From assembly GCF_009914755.1 (NCBI RefSeq), contig NC_060925.1: 64,000 nucleotides of DNA; one strand, 5' to 3'. The notes beneath the pieces are model-generated. The model saw nothing but the letters and a program-made list of their open reading frames with translations. It was not told where the DNA came from and did not search any database. This DNA is from the human T2T-CHM13v2.0 reference genome, Homo sapiens. Shown piece after piece: positions 62,079-64,000 of the stretch (position 1 is the stretch's first letter; every line of letters begins with the position of its first letter). Made by a program: the position numbers and the translations under genes.

Positions 62079-62163
62079 CTGAGGGCTGACAAAGCCTGCC
62101 ATAAGAAAGGGGACTTAGAACATTCAGGGTTGCTCAGGGTAGAAAAATAAATAAATGTCTCCT
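62079..62163 (+). repeat. 85-bp dispersed direct repeat, copy 2
   Basis: Matches 59973-60057. Confidence 0.95.
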
Positions 62164-62282
62164 CCACAGGCAGGCCATGATCATTTCAATATAATAGTGG
62201 CAATGCCTTTATCAATCACCTGCTACACCTGTCTAATGCCCTGCTCTATGCCAGTGATAATTAACACCTGGTGTCTACATTA

Positions 62283-62630
<348 letters not shown>

Positions 62631-62742
62631 AAACATCTTGAGGACATTTGTTGCATTTATCCTTCAGCAAACAAGGAAATGAAATCAAACTTCTGCAGAG
62701 GTGAGGGACACGCCATTGAGTGATGCTTAAAAGCATGAGCTC

Positions 62743-63117
<375 letters not shown>

Positions 63118-64000
63118 TCAAATGAGTATTCATCCATTGAACAAATATTGATTGAGTACCACTCTACACCAGACCAGTTTTAGGATATGGGGATACAGCA
63201 GGGAACCAAACCAAGGCCCTGCTGTCAGGAATGTCTGCTCTAGTTGACAATAGTACCTACCTCTGTGAGTTGCTATGAGCATTAAATAAATTAATAAACC
63301 CCTGGTACATAATAAGTCTTCAATAAACATGAACTAGTATACTTCACCAAAAAAGGCAGAGTACAGACTAGCAGGCTCCTTGGCCCATTGTCTAATCACA
63401 GAACAATGTACAGTCTTTAGTTACACAGGGATCCAGCCAGATTATAAACGAGAGCCTTCCTTAAAGTTCTAAAACACTTGGATCCACTTGAATCATGTCA
63501 GCAGGTGTTAAGAGAGCCAGAGAGGTGTGTTACATGCAAGTAATTTGATTTTCACACTCTTCCCTCTTCCTGTTGGGAACCCGTCTCAAAGCCTAGAAGT
63601 CTAGAATATCTGCTTTGGTGATCTTGCCCTGGCTGCAATTACACTTTATTTACTATCAGGCCCAAGCTGGTTCTCCTGAAGGAGGTGTGGCCTCAGTTAA
63701 ATGGCACAGTCAGCTTTGTTTTCTGTTAGTCTGTTTCTTCCTGGAGTTTGAGTAGAATGGGGTGATGGCGGGTGAAGGGAGGGGCGTGCCTCCCTCTCTA
63801 ATGCTCTGGATCTTTTGCCAGCTTAATGGGTTTTGCCAAATGAGTTCCCAGCAAGGAAATCCAGGGCTTGAGTGGAACATGGTATTGGAGATTTGTCAGA
63901 GTGGCACGCTTCGGTGAGTCTCTCTCCATGATAAAGAGAAGAATTAATTAGAGTCATAAATTATGGATTACTAATCACTGTACATTGTAAGGAAAAAATA

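Overview
Repeat-dense human genomic DNA (a diagnostic AluYa5 is present), intronic or intergenic; I cannot identify a host gene. No intact cellular protein-coding gene is supported: the long ORFs are decayed LINE-1 ORF1/ORF2, and the rest are Alu/LTR-derived or chance ORFs. The window is a stack of nested insertions: L2, MIR, L3/CR1, old L1M, L1PB, a full-length L1PA5-like element, MaLR/ERVL/ERV1 LTRs and about 20 Alus. Main observations: (1) an old retrocopy of the VMP1 terminal exon plus 3'UTR (about 51868-52885) whose 5' part looks like retained intron rather than the preceding exon, as expected for an unspliced intron-initiated (pri-miR-21-type) or intron-retaining transcript; (2) a full-length L1PA5-like element carrying a 3' transduction of a MER41 LTR segment that ends at the LTR's own poly(A) site; (3) several locally templated insertions or duplications (25, 85, 144 and about 135 bp); (4) a human-specific AluYa5 inside a MER41-like solo LTR. 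Subfamily names come from remembered consensus sequences and need RepeatMasker/Dfam confirmation. Boundaries of old repeats are approximate. I found no evidence of a wholly new biological system.
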